Assembly (NCBI GenBank): GCA_905178155.1 | Contig: CAJINV010000003.1 | Span: 3,963,868-4,027,867, forward strand | Direction of reading: 5' to 3' | Length of the DNA: 64,000 bases | From: Amoebophrya sp. A120 | Taxonomy: Eukaryota; Protista; Dinoflagellata | In this document: positions 11,901-25,521 of the stretch, in pieces | Numbering within the stretch: position 1 is the stretch's first letter | How the letters are laid out: each line of letters starts with the position of its first letter | Made by a program: the position numbers and the translations under genes | The notes under the pieces: generated by a model | The model's database searches: none | What the model was told of the DNA's origin: nothing | What the model saw: only the letters and a program-made list of their open reading frames with translations

Positions 11901-14900
11901 GTGAAAATAAAGAGACGAAAGCACGACCAGCTGCTAGTTCGTCGGCTTTTGAAACGGCAAAAGCGGGACTTGATCAGCAGGACCAAGTGAAGTTGACGCA
12001 AACCTCAACAAACAACGATGTTGCGGAGCTTCAAAACCACGATCCGTCGCAGGACAAAAACCGCGCGCCGTCCTCCGATGCACGCACGCCGGCCTCGGCC
12101 GCCGGTGCGCTGGACGTAAAAGGGTTTAAGCTAAAAGGACGAACGGTAAAAACTCTAGACGAGGTGCAAAAGGCTGCGCTCCGAGTTCAGCAGGAGGCAG
12201 AGGACCGAGCGGCGAAGTCCGCGCAAAACGGAACACAGCAGCCCAGCCACACCAGCAAGAGTTTCGATGAAGTGAATCGAGAGGCAGCGCTTCGCATACA
12301 ACAACATGCGGAGCTTGATCGGAAAAACGATCACCATGCTCCGGATGATACAACGGTAACAACAAGGGACGACCGCCAGCACGCGACGAGAGGCGCGTCA
12401 GGAGAAGCTCTTGCACCTGGAGCCGCAGGGGCTTCGCGGAAGAAAACTACGGCCGAAGTGAATAAAGCGGCAAAGCTGACCAACCAACAGCTGTTGTTGA
12501 AGAGAGCTGCAGCCATCATCGACCCGCACAGGCAGAAGAACATTTCCAGTGGTTCGACAGGTGATCAGCACAGATCACGTAGCCCGGATGAGCAGCCCTC
12601 GAACAATTTTGACACGAGCAAGATTTCTTTCAAATTTCTCACCAAGGAGGATGTTTCGGTGCGCACTAGGATTCCGCAACCGTTTGCTACGGTGGGGGGC
12701 GCGCAGAAGAAAACTCCTGCGCAGATGAGTCTGGAGGAGATCATGCAGAGTGAACAGCCGGCAGCGGGGGCACCGGTGGCAGCCTCGGAGGAGCTCCAGC
12801 CGTCAGAGAAAATGGCGACGGTTTTGCTGAACAGAAATGCAGTACTAGGAATCGAAGCGCCGGACGAAGGCGAAGCAGGTGCGTCTTCCGCGCATGAAGA
12901 GCAGGGAAGACGCCACCCTTCCGATGGAAATGAGCGACGAGGACCGTCTGCGCAGCGGACTCCGAGGACTGCGGTTTTTGTTTCCAAGGAGAAGGTGTAC
13001 GAACCTGCTGCCGGCGCGAGAAAAGCTGAATCCAGCAGTGCAGGCCAACACAGGAGGCTCACAGCCAGCGGACCAAAGACAATAGTGGAAATTGCGCCGC
13101 AACAAGTAGCCCCGAAGCGGACTGCCGACGAACAAGAACTGAAGCGGAAGACCGTGCTGATCGGAAGCTCGGCACAGCCCAGAACCGGCTTTGAGACGAG
13201 CGTTACATCCGCGTTGCTTTCGTCTGCGCCAAACAGGCATCCCATCGAGCCGGCCGCCGCGGTGCCAGACCTGAAAACCCTTGCCAGTCGGGATCCCACC
13301 GCGGCTTTTTCGAAAGCGTCCGTTACCATTTCGGCCCGGATAGAGCAGGGTCTTGCTCCTCCCGGAGCTGCTGCGTCGGTCCTGAGAGCGGGCATTCAGC
13401 CAGGTACTAAAAGTAGTGCTGAGCAGCAGCCACAACTACCGGGAGCTGCGCCGAAAGCTGCGTCTGCGACCGTGAAAGCAGCACCGGAAATCGGGCCCGT
13501 GCGTCTGAAGTCGACGGTGCGTCCAATCGGGGAGCAGGAGCAGCCAGTGGAGAAAAAGAAAACCTTTTGGGCACGTCTGGTCGAGCAAGCCGCCGGAAAA
13601 GGCACAGCACCTGCGCAACCCGAAACGAAGCTGACACGGGCTCAAGAATTGATGGCGCGATCACAACCCTTCATTATTCCCAAAGCCGGCGGCGCTGCCG
13701 TCTCCAGCAAAAGTCGTGCCTCAAAGAAGCAGCAGGCGCAAAGCCCCGGGCAGCTGCCCATGGATTGGAGCAGTGAGTCGGATGCGGAACGAAATACGGC
13801 GAGCGGAAAAATACGGATTCGCGATAAGCACGCCAAGCAGCAGAAAGATGCTTTTTTTCAGGAAGCCGCAATTCCCGCAGCCGTCAAGATGGCGCGTGGA
13901 GGGAAGAAAACGAAGGAGGAAATCCGGGCCAATCTGCTCAAGTTGAGGTCAGACCAAATGCAGCACAAAGTCAACGAAGAGGAAGTTGTGCCCGTTCAAG
14001 AAGAAAAGGCGGGAGACAAGAGCGGGCGCGAGAAAAAAGCTAGTCCAGCTTCGGAAGTAGAAAGTAAAGGCAAGAACAGTGCGCCGCACGCCGCAAGCTC
14101 TTCAACTGCGGTTCATCGAAATCAAACCAGGCAACAGCAGCCCAAAAAGCAGTTTCGACTCAGCGACGTGCAGCCCAACAGGCGCACGAGCGGTGGCGCT
14201 ATCGCAGAGGACGAGCAGCACGAAGCCTTTGCTCGGCACGCCCTTCTGCAACTCTCAGACGATCCTTTCGATATGGTGGGGCCTGAAGAGGAAGTAGAAC
14301 ATCGGCCACAGACGGAGGAAGAAGACTTGGTGTTAGTTCCGCCGCCGCATTATGCGCCGGAGCTTCTAGTCTCCGCGAACTACATAGAACAAGAAAACGT
14401 CGCAGAAAGAATTCCTGGATCGAGCGGGAATGAAGACCTGAAAGTCAGCATAGATCGTTCCGTGTCATCGTCCTCCAAGCTACAGAATCCCCGCACAAAC
14501 GCCAGGAGCAGAGAAAGCAGGCCCGCCGGCACAACGGGTCGCACTGGAGCTGCAGCTACTGCCGGAATACAGGACCACTCGGGTGTGATAGTATTGGAGG
14601 ATGAAGATGGCAAAGAGCCGGCGCTTCGAGGGTCTTCTAAAATTCTTGAGAAAGAGAAGGCACAGGCTGCAAGAAATGCGCCTAAGCAGGCAGCCCCACA
14701 GATCGAGCTGATTGCAAGTTCTAGAGGGCCCCGAGCAGCAGCGACTAGCGGGCGCACCGCCCCGGCGCCAACAAGCCAAGTGATAGCGACCTCGAGACAC
14801 CCGCCACCACCTCCCAGCGGCCCATCTTCCACTTCTGCGGCAGCGAGGTACTTGGATCATTTTTTCGCTTTCGTTTTTTTTTTTTTCGTATATATCTGTT

Positions 14901-15517
14901 TGGTATGGTATGCCGGCGAGGCGAGAGCGTGAAAATTTTCCATTGAGCCTTGAAAAAAAAACAGGAATGCGCCTCCACCTCCCCCACCGCGGGCGAAGGA
15001 ACCGCCACAACCGCCAACGGTCGAGCAGCAGCAAAAGGGCGCAGCTGCAAGTAATCCCCCTGCCAGCACAGCCTCAACTGGGACGACCACCGGGACAAAG
15101 AAATACGATACTCTCTTGCCGGGGCATTTGGATTTAGTGTCTCGCAACCGAGACAAGCGCGCCGTCACCAACAAAGGCGTGGGACTTCTGCTGTTGAGCA
15201 ACAAGGAAGCAGAGCTAAGAGGTGCGGCCCGTAGTACAACTACGCAGCACCAGCAGAGCAATGGCTCGCATCCCCTTCCTCACATGTTGTTGGGGGGCGG
15301 TAGATCCTCATCTTCCTCGGTCCCCGGCGGAGAGCCTGCCGAAACGACCCCCAGTGCGCTCCAAACGGCCCGGACCCCGGGAGGGACCGTGCGGCCACTG
15401 GTAGGAGGGGCTACGCGAGTGCCCAAGGCGTCCTTCAAAGCTCCTCAGCCTAAGAAGTCGGACGCCAGCACCCGGACCAGCAGCTACCTCGACCGCTTGA
15501 AAGAGCGTTTGGGCTGA
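5982..15517 (+). CDS. Very large (about 2950 aa) low-complexity, probably disordered, Lys/Arg-rich protein of unknown function; 4 exons
   Basis: Exons 5982-6261, 6500-10370, 10702-14847 and 14965-15517 are joined by GT-AG introns, keep frame and total 8850 nt. Many poly-Lys NLS-like tracts; no domain recognised. Confidence 0.75.
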
Positions 15518-16778
15518 GCACGGGGACGAGACAGCGGGCGGAGAATTTTTTGACCCGCCCTACTTACCGTTGATAAAGTGTGATCTCTCAGCAGTCAGCA
15601 ATGAGACTGACAGCGTTCCATTGCTCAAGCGAGCACGACCACGTGCCTTCCTGGTAAGTACGATGCAAGCGAGCTTTTCTGCGCGACCTTTTCTCATCCC
15701 TGTCGGCTTTTATTGAAAAGAATATACCTTAATTGTTGCTGTTCAGCTTCAGTGCAAGTCTACTAGCAGATACACGACTTTTTGAAACACGCATGAAACC
15801 AAAAAAGAAAACGAAAATCTAAAACTATCAACTTACTACAAAAGAATAAAAAAGCACTGCCAGACGGACTGTATTTCCAGATGGCAAGCAAAACTAAAGA
15901 CGACCGATTTGCAACATGGGTATTTTTCGAATGAAATTACGGAAAAACTAGGACTACAATACCGACGTTCACATTTGGTGCCCTAGGTAGAGGACACTCT
16001 GAGAACGCAAGATCCTTTTTTTCCTTCATCAAGTTAACCCCGAACGAGTACGACGACACTCCCTTCAAGAATTTCATACTTTTAGCGACCGAAACTACAA
16101 AGAACCAAAATAAAACTGAAGCGTATTACATCCATGAATCCCCCATCGGCCGCAATCATAATAAATTGGGCAGGAGGAATAAATGCGAGTTGCTTCTTGT
16201 TCTGCATGATACGTGCTCGCCTGGGCAGCAACTTGTGAATTTGCCAGAGCTCCTTGTCTACTAGTTCGTTTCAATAACATATAGAAATTTAATGATGTCA
16301 CGCCGTCTTTATGGAGACAGAGTCGTCGCGGCTGCAAATCTTCGCAATCGAAATCGTTATCGTCGCTTCTATTCATTTTCGTTCTCGATAATGTCGTCGT
16401 CGTCTTTCTCGTCATCGAATCGTTTTATATGCTCCTAGATTTGGGTTTGTCTTGCTCTCGCTTGTTCGTCTTTTTTGGCCGGTTGATTGTCGAAGACCCG
16501 CGTGTCGGTAAAAACTTGAACAGAGGATGTATCGCGACATTGATGCATTATGACTATAGACTAATTTAACCGCCAAAGCCATAGCCAATCGGAAACGAAA
16601 TCGCAAGTAAGGTGTTATCGCAACAACGCGTAGGAGAGGTTTCGTGGGTCCTCGTCATCAATATCATGGCAGTCGGGTATCAATGGAGATAAGTAGTAAG
16701 CAGGTATGGAAGACGAAGAACACCATAGTATTTTGGAACTTGAAGTTGTAGATCGACGAGTGTTGTTGAAACTCATAC

Positions 16779-18024
16779 TTGCCAGCCATGCTGCCTGTGG
16801 ACCCGTTGCGAGGTTCGGCCCTGCGAGGAAATCCCGGTGGTTTTCGGGAGCCCAGTGCGAATGTGACTGGATACGCTGCCATTGTTGGATACGTCTTTGC
16901 GCTGCTCAGCTTCGTATCAATTGATCTATTTGTGCTAGAACTGTACATGCAAGTGAATGTGTATCTATACGTTTGGTTTGTCTACTCTTGAGTTGGTGAT
17001 TTTTGCCTTCGCAAAACGTGTGAGCGAACTTGTCCGCTTTTCGATGTGTTGCAACTTCTGAGAGAGACTTTTCTCTCCCTCTCATCAATTATTTTTTCCC
17101 TGATAAAAAACCGAACAAACAGCTCGGGCTGATCTTGTGGCTGGTGCTGGTTTGGATCTCCTGGGGCAACAAGTCGGCGACGAAAACAACACTGTTTTCC
17201 ATCCCGCTGCTGCAGAACATTGTGGCTTGCTGTCGGTGCATATGACAGTGCACGACAAGAACTCCCCCTCCCCCTCATTTGTATAGCACGAACGGCAATA
17301 CAAGCATCAGCAAGAGTGCTGGTTTTGCATGACGAATTTGCACTGGAGTGTAATGCTATTTGGGCTACGAGAACTTGTCACGCAAATAGTGCCAAGAGGC
17401 AAAGGGTGGATTGGGTATTTTGCATGACGAATTTTTAGGGGGAGCGGGAGTTGTGCACTTTCATAGTGCAGGAGCCTTTTCAGCCGGGTCTTGGGCGAAG
17501 AAGAGGAAGGTCAGTCTTCTTCTGATCCAGACGACAGCGACGAGTCGTGTCCCGAGTCCGCTAACGAAGAAGAATCCCGTGCGATGAACGGCGCAAACTC
17601 GCGGCTAGACAAGTCAGGCGGCGCGCTGAGCAGTACAGTGACAACCCTCGTAGCAGATGGTACAACATCGATGGCACAGGAGTCGTCGGGGAAGCCACTA
17701 CAACTTCCAATGATATCGAGTAAAACTTCCTCAAAAAACAAGAAGAAGACCAGCAGATGGACGCGCGTAACCGAACTTCATCAAGCAAGGGAAAAGAATT
17801 TCGCCGCCGAGGAGAGCGTGGGGGTCGCGGTGCGGAAGCCAAAACGGAGTTCGAAGCAAGCGACTGGCGGTGTGGAACAAGATGGCAGTGGCCGTGCCGA
17901 TGGGGACCACGAACTACACGACCCTAGCACGGCCAGGAAGGGCTCGAAGAACACGGGTGCCTCGAGCAAATACAAGCCGTTCAAGCTGCGGTCGTACATG
18001 GAAGCATCGCCATTTGGTCCATGA
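16779..18024 (+). CDS. Small membrane protein with a charged C-terminal tail; 5' end uncertain
   Basis: Hydrophobic segments YAAIVGYVFALLSF and LGLILWLVLVWISWG. Removing the 17241 element joins ...IVACCRC to RSLFSRVLGEEEE and ORF 17491..18024. Confidence 0.45.
17241..17465. mobile_element. Introner-like TIR element (225 bp)
   Basis: TATGACAGTGCAC ... GTGCACTTTCATA, with C-rich and G-rich subterminal blocks; TSD GTGCA; excision is in frame. Confidence 0.8.
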
Positions 18025-18716
18025 ATACGGCGTTCTCATGGACTTTGTAAAAATACGAGATGAGTTGGAGCTGTTGCCCATTACACTGAAGCTCGCGCTT
18101 CTCTTTACTTCTGCCGTACAAGTAATTTCCAATTTTCATAGCCTCAATGTATCAATTTGGAATGTACAGAATTTATACGAAAATTAGAATGATAGCTACT
18201 GAATCTTCCCATTATGTTCATAATTGTACAAGACTCGCCGGTGCAAGTGCATTGATGAAGAGAAGAAGTCATTCAAGTTGCGTCGCTCGTATCAGGATAA
18301 GGAACGACAGCTGTATGAAAGCTTGAGATTTTCAGAAAAGGTAAAAGAAACAGCAAAAGAGCAGAAAAAAAGACAGCATCGACCTGCTCTACTGTCGTCG
18401 TGCGCGGTACATGCCTTATTCCTACCGCTGTGGTTTTTTTCTTTTTTTGCGCCTGCCTGGCATTTCGCTGCGCATAGCGTCTCTCAGTATCTGAGTTGTG
18501 CCGGTAAAAGCCCGGACCTTAAAGAACTAATTGTACACACGGCGAGTCTGTCAATCTCGAGAGGGACATAAGCTAGAGTAGCTCGTCAAGGATGAGCTGT
18601 GCTCATTTAGTGCGTCCCAGGTCGCCGGCACGAGAGTTCTTTACGCCATAAAGTTAGATTCGGACTGAAATTCGCAGCCAGAATAACAAGAGCATCGCAA
18701 TCGGCGCAAACTGAAA

Positions 18717-20591
18717 ATGCTTGCCTCACTCCAGGGTTACGCGGACGCGGTGCGGGGCAAGTTTAGATCGCAGAAGGAGGTGTTGCAGAAGAGCTTCACG
18801 GAGAACTCGCTTTGGGGAAACAAAAACAGCAACAGCCGTAATTTCACCACCGCAGCGCCGTCGTACCCAATCACAGCGGAGTGCTTCGTCGGACCACGCG
18901 GCAAGGTGTGCGGTGGCGGGGAAGAGCAGGCAGATACCTGCGTGGGCAAGGTGACCTTCGTACAACCGAGCGAAGACATCTGCAACATAGCATGGGACCT
19001 GACGGGATGCGGGAAGGAGGGAGAGCACGGCTTCCACATTCACGAAAAGGCCGACTTTTCCAACGGCTGCGACTCGGCCGGGCCGCATTACAATCCCTTC
19101 GGTAATACACGAAGAAATATACAGAGTTGGAGTAGCAACAAGTTGTAACAGCACTCTATTGGACTGGTGTACGGTCATAGAAATAGTCATGTAGCAGGTG
19201 CTGATGTTGCGCGTTGCTCCCTGTAGGTGCACAGATGTGACTGGCCACATGATCCGCCCCTGCTAGAGCTATAAAACTGTTGACCATTTTGGCAATTTGT
19301 TAGCTTTGCAAAGTGTTGAATTTTCTGTACCAGGCAAAACGCATGGCGGTCCGCAGGACGAAGAGCGACACGTTGGGGACATGGGGAACATCATCGTCGA
19401 CAAAAGTGGCAGTTCGACGGGGACTCTCTCGGACCATTTAATCAAGCTAACGGGGGAATACAGGTATGAATTGCTGCGTCGCTAAGCGGCCCTGAACTTT
19501 TTTTCGCTGCAAAATGACACTCGGATTACATGGAGCAATAGGAACGCGGTGCGTCATTTCAAACCTCTGCTTCATAACCTTAACCGCAGCGTCATCGGCC
19601 GGTCCGATATTGAAGGGAAAACAGCCGCTCGTTAACAGGTTGGCATGCTACTTTCTTATTACATATATAAATATAACCACACCTTGCGAGCCTCCTCGTG
19701 GTCTGCTTCATTGTTCTGTGATGTTCTGCTCCTCAGTTAAAAGCGGAACATAAGTGCGATCATGATCCAATATACCATTCTGCGCGTGCGGCTCACCGAA
19801 GAGGAGTTCAGCCTTGCGGCATTCACTCATTGCGGCATTCACAGTCCATGAACCTGGAGCGTGCAGCTGCGTTCTTCGTTTGCATACTCGTTATGGTGCA
19901 CGCGGATCCGGACGATCTCGGTCGTGGCGACAATAGCGAAACAGGCGTCAACGATATCCAATGGAGTTTCTTTCGTCAGAAATACTGCGCAGAACTAATG
20001 CATGCGCGAGGGTGTACTTGTAGTTGAAGAGACATGCAGTTGGGTTTGATGTTTGACGGGTGCAAATAGGACGCAGCTCGCTGTAGCTGCTTCCGTCGAA
20101 GAGCTTTTTGATCACCAGACAGACAGGAGACACTGCTGCATGAAGAAATATCCTGCAGTGTTCAAAGTCGGTCTTCGGATTCGGAACATCTTTTTTGAAG
20201 CGCATAGGCAAATTGTGATTGCTTGGCAGAAGTAAGCAACAGAAACATAAATCAGACTGGCACGGCCGGGATTTCCTGATGAAGGAAGTTTTCTTTTGGA
20301 TAATCGGCAAGACGTCGAAAACAACCGGAAATGCGGGGGCGCGCATAGCGTGTGGTGAAAGTATGCAGTCGCAACGATCGGCGGTCGCAAATCAAGCGGG
20401 GCCGATTCCAAATTGAAATTCTTGCATGATTTGAGAAACTTGCTTCCACTTACGAAGTAACGCGTCGGCGTGGCTGGTAAAAAGAGAGCATTTGTTTTGA
20501 TATTTTTGCCGCGCAAACAAAGGGGGCCACGGAGTTCAAAATCCGGGCTTGATTTTCGTTTTTGGGCTTCATAAAGATCGTTCTCGCCTGA
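18717..20591 (+). CDS. SOD1: Cu/Zn superoxide dismutase with an N-terminal extension; 6 exons
   Basis: HGFHIHE, GCDSAGPHYNPF, THGGPQDEERHVGDMGNI, SVIGRSVMVHADPDDLGRG, SKTTGNAGARIACGEIVLA*. All metal ligands, both disulfide Cys and the catalytic Arg are present. Confidence 0.95.
19608..19886. mobile_element. Degenerate introner-derived intron in SOD
   Basis: TAT...CATA ends with weak residual inverted repeat; eroded TSD TCCGA/CTCGT. Removing element plus 5 nt restores the conserved GRSVMVHAD. Confidence 0.6.
19955..20302. mobile_element. Degenerate introner-derived intron in SOD (348 bp)
   Basis: TATCCAA...TTGGATA ends with further inverted similarity; eroded TSD AACGA/ATCGG. Removal gives GVNGKTSKTTGNAG. 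Confidence 0.7.
20362..20573. mobile_element. Degenerate introner-derived intron in SOD (212 bp)
   Basis: TATGCAG...CTTCATA ends; internal inverted pair AAATCAAGC/GCTTGATTT; eroded TSD GAAAG/AAGAT. Removal gives ACGEIVLA*. Confidence 0.55.
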
Positions 20592-21234
20592 CCCCGGGCA
20601 CGGCATCGAATGTATCTTCGGTACGGGCGGACCAGACGCTAAAACGTCTTCGTTGGAGAAGGAGAGAGCGTAGCACGACAGGTATTAGTATGAATAGGAA
20701 TAGCAGGAACTATGCTGGCAACAGCACCACATTCAAACGTCCTAAACAGGTCGTAAGCACACAAAGAATAACAAGGATCTGTCCAATAGCAATATTCGTC
20801 GCGACATGTCGTGATCGACCACTGAAGACGCAGATACAAAACTGTCGCATCGTTCTTGCTCGAAACCCAAAAGGCAAACGTGAAGGACGTGCCATACACC
20901 GAAAATGCAGCCGCAATCGAACAAAGACTCGATACTGCGACACAGTCATGATGCAGTTTCTCTTTTGCCCTTTGTAATCGCATGTTCATTTTTGCTTGAT
21001 CTCCGTTCTTACTTCGCCTGTTTTACTGGCCGCGTTCACTTTTTCAGCCACTTCGTACCTTGTGGACCTCCTTTCACCGTTACTTTTGTTCGATCCGATC
21101 CCATCCATCGTGGATATCTGATCAGTAGATCTTTCACACCAGAACTTGATTTTATATGGAGGTAGGCGGCCAGTAGACAGTGATAGGGAAGTTGTGTGTG
21201 CTGCTTTACCGGTGCTAGGACTGAGTCAGTGGTC

Positions 21235-24200
21235 ATGCGGGTTGTCCTTTCGTCTGCCGTGGCCATGGCTGGCCTGGCCGCCGCGTCCGAGAAGAGCAGA
21301 CCAGTGTCCAAGGTGATCAAGCTTCTGAAGGACATGCAGGCGCAACTGGAGGCAGAAGGCGAGGAGGTACCTTGTCTTCTAAATTTAGGCTACACGAAGA
21401 TCTCCGCGCCATTTAGTTTGACACGTCAGCCTTTTCTAAATACGCGAAATTTCTGTTGATGTTGAATTTGCGACTACTCATATGGGTAGGCATAGCTTGA
21501 GCTTGAAGCACCGCTCCCAAAATTCCCTTTTCAGGATGAGAGCACCTTTAAGAAGATGGGTTGCTGGTGCGACACAACAAAAGCAGAGACTGCCGAGGCA
21601 ATCGAAACCGACAAGTATCAACTGTAAAAATGTCTGGGTCTGGAAGATTCTGAGACCTGTCATGCATGTTTTGCCTTGGCCATGATGTCTGTGATGCATG
21701 CCCTAGCATCACAGATTTTTTGAGGGCTTCGCGATGCCTATTCCGCATGACAAATGCCCTCTCCGCGTAGCAAAAATTGCATTCCCTTTGCTGCTCATGC
21801 AATACAGATTTTTCTGGAATCCAAATTCAGCATCACAAGTTCCAACTTTCCAGACCCAGACATTTTTACATTTGATAACAAGAAGTGCATTGCAAAAGCC
21901 ACGGCCGACATTGAGCAGGCCACCGGGGCCAAAGCCGCGGCAAAGACGGCAAAAGCTGAGCTCGAGGAGCGCATCGCCAAGGACACACAGGATTTGGAAA
22001 CAGCAACAGAGATGCGAGCAAAAGAGCTCGCGGCCTTCACGGAAGAGACCAAGGAGATGGTCCAGGCTATCGGGGCTCTGAAGAGCGCTATCACGGTGCT
22101 GAAGAAGCACCAGAGCTTTCTGCAGACCGACTCGAAATTCAAGTCCGTGCGGGACACCCTGATGAGCAACATGGAGCTGTTCGACCGCCGACATCTCGGC
22201 GAGATCTCCGGGCAGCAGAAGCGCGCTCTGTCTAAATTTCTCCAGCAACCCAGCTTCTCCGCTTACAGGTATATCTTCTACCGAAGAAAGTTGATATTGC
22301 CGCTGTGATTTTTGAAGGTATGATTTTCAATTCGTGTATCTTAGTGAAGCTAAATTGCAATCTCGCGTTTGTCGAAAATACCGAAACATCGAAAAACAGC
22401 TCGCAGTCGGGCGAGATCTTTGGAATTCTCGAGAACATGCTGGACACCTTCAATGCTGATCTCAAGACCGCCGAGGAAGAGGAGGCCGCGGCGGTGCAGC
22501 AGTTCACCGAACTGAAGAAACTGAAGGAAGAGCAGATTGCCCGCGACACCGAGCAGCTGGGCAAGGAAAACGAAAAGTTCGCGGCTGCCACCACCAAGCT
22601 GGCGGACTCGGAGGCCACTAAAGCGGACTGCGAGGACTCTTTGGAAAAGGACACGCAGCTCCTTTACGGAATGAGAAGCGGCGGAGGAAAGTTCGTTAGT
22701 AGAGTTAAGATTGAACGTGGGTCGGCTGGAGGCGATGTAGTACTTAGCTATCGAAATACTGTTGCGTTCAGCGTTGCTTCGCAGGCACAGCGCTAGACGA
22801 CAGCGCCATCGTTTAGTTCAGTTTTGCATTAATAATGATGACGTGGATTTCCTGTCGCGCTTCTCTCCTTCCATACTTTCGCCGAAGCCACTGAGACCTG
22901 CACGCAGAATGAGCAGGAGTACTCGGAGCGCTCGAAGTCCCGCGCTGAGGAGCTTGCCGCTGTCGGTAAGGCCCTGGAATTCTTGAACAGCGACGAAGCC
23001 CATGAGCTCTTTGGCAAGGCCCTCGGCTTTTTGCAGGTTGCCTCGGACTCTGCCGACAAGGCGCGCGATGTGCTGCGCAGGGCTGGCCAGCAGTACGGAA
23101 ACCCGGAGATCCTCAGCTTGGCACAGAAGGTAATAAATAAGGATGTTTTTTAAAATTAAATCCACCTGACATCAGCACCTCTACTTATGTGCACATGCAC
23201 TCTTACATCATGAAGCTGCACTTGCAAAATTTTTTTATCTCTCCTGCCCCACCGGGTGACTACATCAATGTTTGTCTTTACCTCAGGTGAAGTCCGATGC
23301 TTTCGCGCCGGTCATCCACGCCATTGACGACCTGGTGAAGGACATTAAGGCACAGATGGCCGATGACGTCAAGCAGCGGGACACCTGCACCAAGGAGATC
23401 AACGAGCGCACCAAGGTCGTTACCAAGCTCGACAACGAAATCACCAACCTCAGCGCGGAGATGGAGCGTCTGGAGGCCGCCATTGCCACGCTGAAGGAGA
23501 ACATCGAGCAGACCGCGGCGGAGATCAAGGAGGCCGAGGAGCAGCTGTCCAAGGCCTCCGCGCTGCGCCAGCAGGCCAACGTGGACTTCCAGGTCGCGCT
23601 GAAGGATGAAAAGGACAGCATTGCCGTGCTGAAGAAGGCCGAACAGGTGCTGGCCAAGGTGTACGCCCCGAAGCTGCTGCAGCAGAGCCCGACCTTCAAG
23701 ACCTACGAGAAGTCCTCCGGCGGCAACAAGGTCTTGTCCATGATCGCCACTATCATCGCAGATACTGAAAAGTTATCAACTGCAAAAATGTCTGGGTCTG
23801 GAAGATCTGAGACCTGTCATGCAAGTTTTGCATGAGCCATGATGTCTGTGATGCATGCCCTAGGATCAGAGATTTTTTGAGGGCTTCTTGATGCCTATTC
23901 CGCATGACAAGTGCCCTCTTCCCGTATCAAAAATCACATTTCCTTTGCCGCTCATGCAATACAGATTTTTTTGGAATCCAAACGCAGCATCACAAGTTGC
24001 AATCTTCCAGACCCAGACATTTTTGCATTTGATAAAAGTCCGCGGAACTCCGCATCGCCGAGGAAAAGGCGTCGCAGAAAGAGTATTTTACAAAAACTAC
24101 GCCCCGTTTTACTTTTCGCGATTTTCCTCTTGATGGGGAACGACATGTTAACCATGACATGTTTTGGGTGAATTCAATGCAACGAGTCAAAAAATGCTGA

Positions 24201-24761
24201 AATTCGAATTTCTCTCAGGTACGAAAAGTTCGTGAAGAACTCCAACGACAGTATCAAGGACAAGAAGGCGCTGAAGGCCCAGCTCACGGAAGAGAAGGCC
24301 AGCAGTGAGGAGAAGCTGCAAGAGACGACGGACAAGAAGAAATTCACGACCGACAGCCACACGGCCGAGACCGCGGCGCTGGACCAGTGGAAGTCCGACT
24401 GCAAGTTATCAAATGCAAAAATGCCTGGGTCTGGAAACTTTTGATGCAACTCCGTGAAAAGTAAGTGGAGTGCTCTGCAATTGGCCGCCTCGCATGACAA
24501 CTTTTTTCGTGCTTGTGTGATGCGTATTTCGCATGCGAAGCTGCGCTTTTGCACGGCAGGCAGGAGGACCTCTTGGCGGCCACGCAATACAGAGTGCAGA
24601 GTCATGCCAGACTGGCGTGACAATCTTCCAGACCCAGACATATTTGCACTTGATACAAGTTCTTGTTCGACAACTTCGAAATCCGCCAAGAGCACATGTC
24701 CGGCGAGATTGAGGCTCTGGGCGAGGCAAAGGCTTTCTTAAAGGGGATGAAGCTGGACTAA
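21235..24761 (+). CDS. Signal-peptide-bearing long coiled-coil protein of the abundant dinoflagellate family (PVxKVIxLLKDM...KMxCWC); 9 exons
   Basis: MRVVLSSAVAMAGLAAASEKSRPVSKVIKLLKDMQ...EDESTFKKMGCWC; SSQSGEIFGILENM; ends DCKFLFDNFEIRQEHMSGEIEALGEAKAFLKGMKLD*. Strong GC3 bias; four GT-AG introns and four TIR introns. Confidence 0.85.
21616..21877. mobile_element. Introner-like TIR element, main TIR type, family F (262 bp)
   Basis: About 30-bp TIR; TSD ACAAG. Excision gives IETDKKCIAK. Confidence 0.92.
22665..22875. mobile_element. Degenerate introner-derived intron (211 bp)
   Basis: TACGGAATGAGAAGCG ... CGCTTCTCTCCTTCCATA inverted ends; eroded TSD TCCTT/CTTTC. Removal gives DTQLLAEATETC. 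Confidence 0.7.
23774..24034. mobile_element. Introner-like TIR element, main TIR type, family F (261 bp)
   Basis: TIRs; TSD AAAGT; close paralog of the 21616 element. Excision gives DTEKSAELRI. Confidence 0.92.
24407..24655. mobile_element. Introner-like TIR element, main TIR type, family E (249 bp)
   Basis: TIRs; TSD CAAGT. Excision gives SDCKFLFDNF. Confidence 0.92.
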
Positions 24762-25521
24762 ACTAAGTACCTAGAAGTGCGCCGTCTGCACCTAGTGGTC
24801 CTTCTCTTGTCCGCACAGCGCCATTTTTCGTATACAATTCACAAACTTTTCGTAGGTTTTGATTACCACTATGGATCGTGTCTTTGTCGAGGGAGAGCGG
24901 TTTGTACGATTAATTTTGCTTTGTTTCACCCGGACAACCAAATGTGACCCGCTTTCTGGAGAACCCAAACTTTGTTATTTATCCTTCAACACTTTTTTAT
25001 GGTATACAATTCAGCTTTTCACTATCAGCACAGCTCGTATTTAGAATTTTTCAGCAAACTTTGTTCATATTTATTTTCAGCTTCAGGTAGATAACTTGTA
25101 AACAGCGTGTATGGAAATATCAGCAACAGGATCGTAAACAATCTTCAGCGACAGGAAGTGGTATTTGGTCACGACACGTTTCCAGATTCTCATTGTACAA
25201 AATTTCCTTCGACGAGGAATGGTGACAAATTTATTTTCAAGACGGGACAGTCTGCGTCGCCCTCGCCAGTTGTTACGCAATTGAAGTCACCACTGGTTTC
25301 ACCTTTCTTGATAAGCTTTCGTCTAGTGTTGAACCAACGTGTAGTCGCGTGCAAAAGTGCAGGAGTTGCTATTTACCTTCAGAGCATGGACAACCTGAGA
25401 GTTTGGAGAGACGAGACACTGAAGCTTACCTTCCAGGAATGCGTCTGGTCTAGTTTCCGAGCCTGGCTTTGATGAATACATGCAAGCACCATGCGCTTCG
25501 CGTACTTTTAGGAGCAAAGTC

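Noticed and set aside
6626-15261. Many overlapping antisense and alternative-frame ORFs
   Set aside because: Shadow ORFs of a GC-rich low-complexity gene; the four-exon + strand model explains the region.
19284-19293. CCATTTTGGC match to the dinoflagellate spliced leader
   Set aside because: Only 10 nt and inside a SOD intron; compatible with chance.
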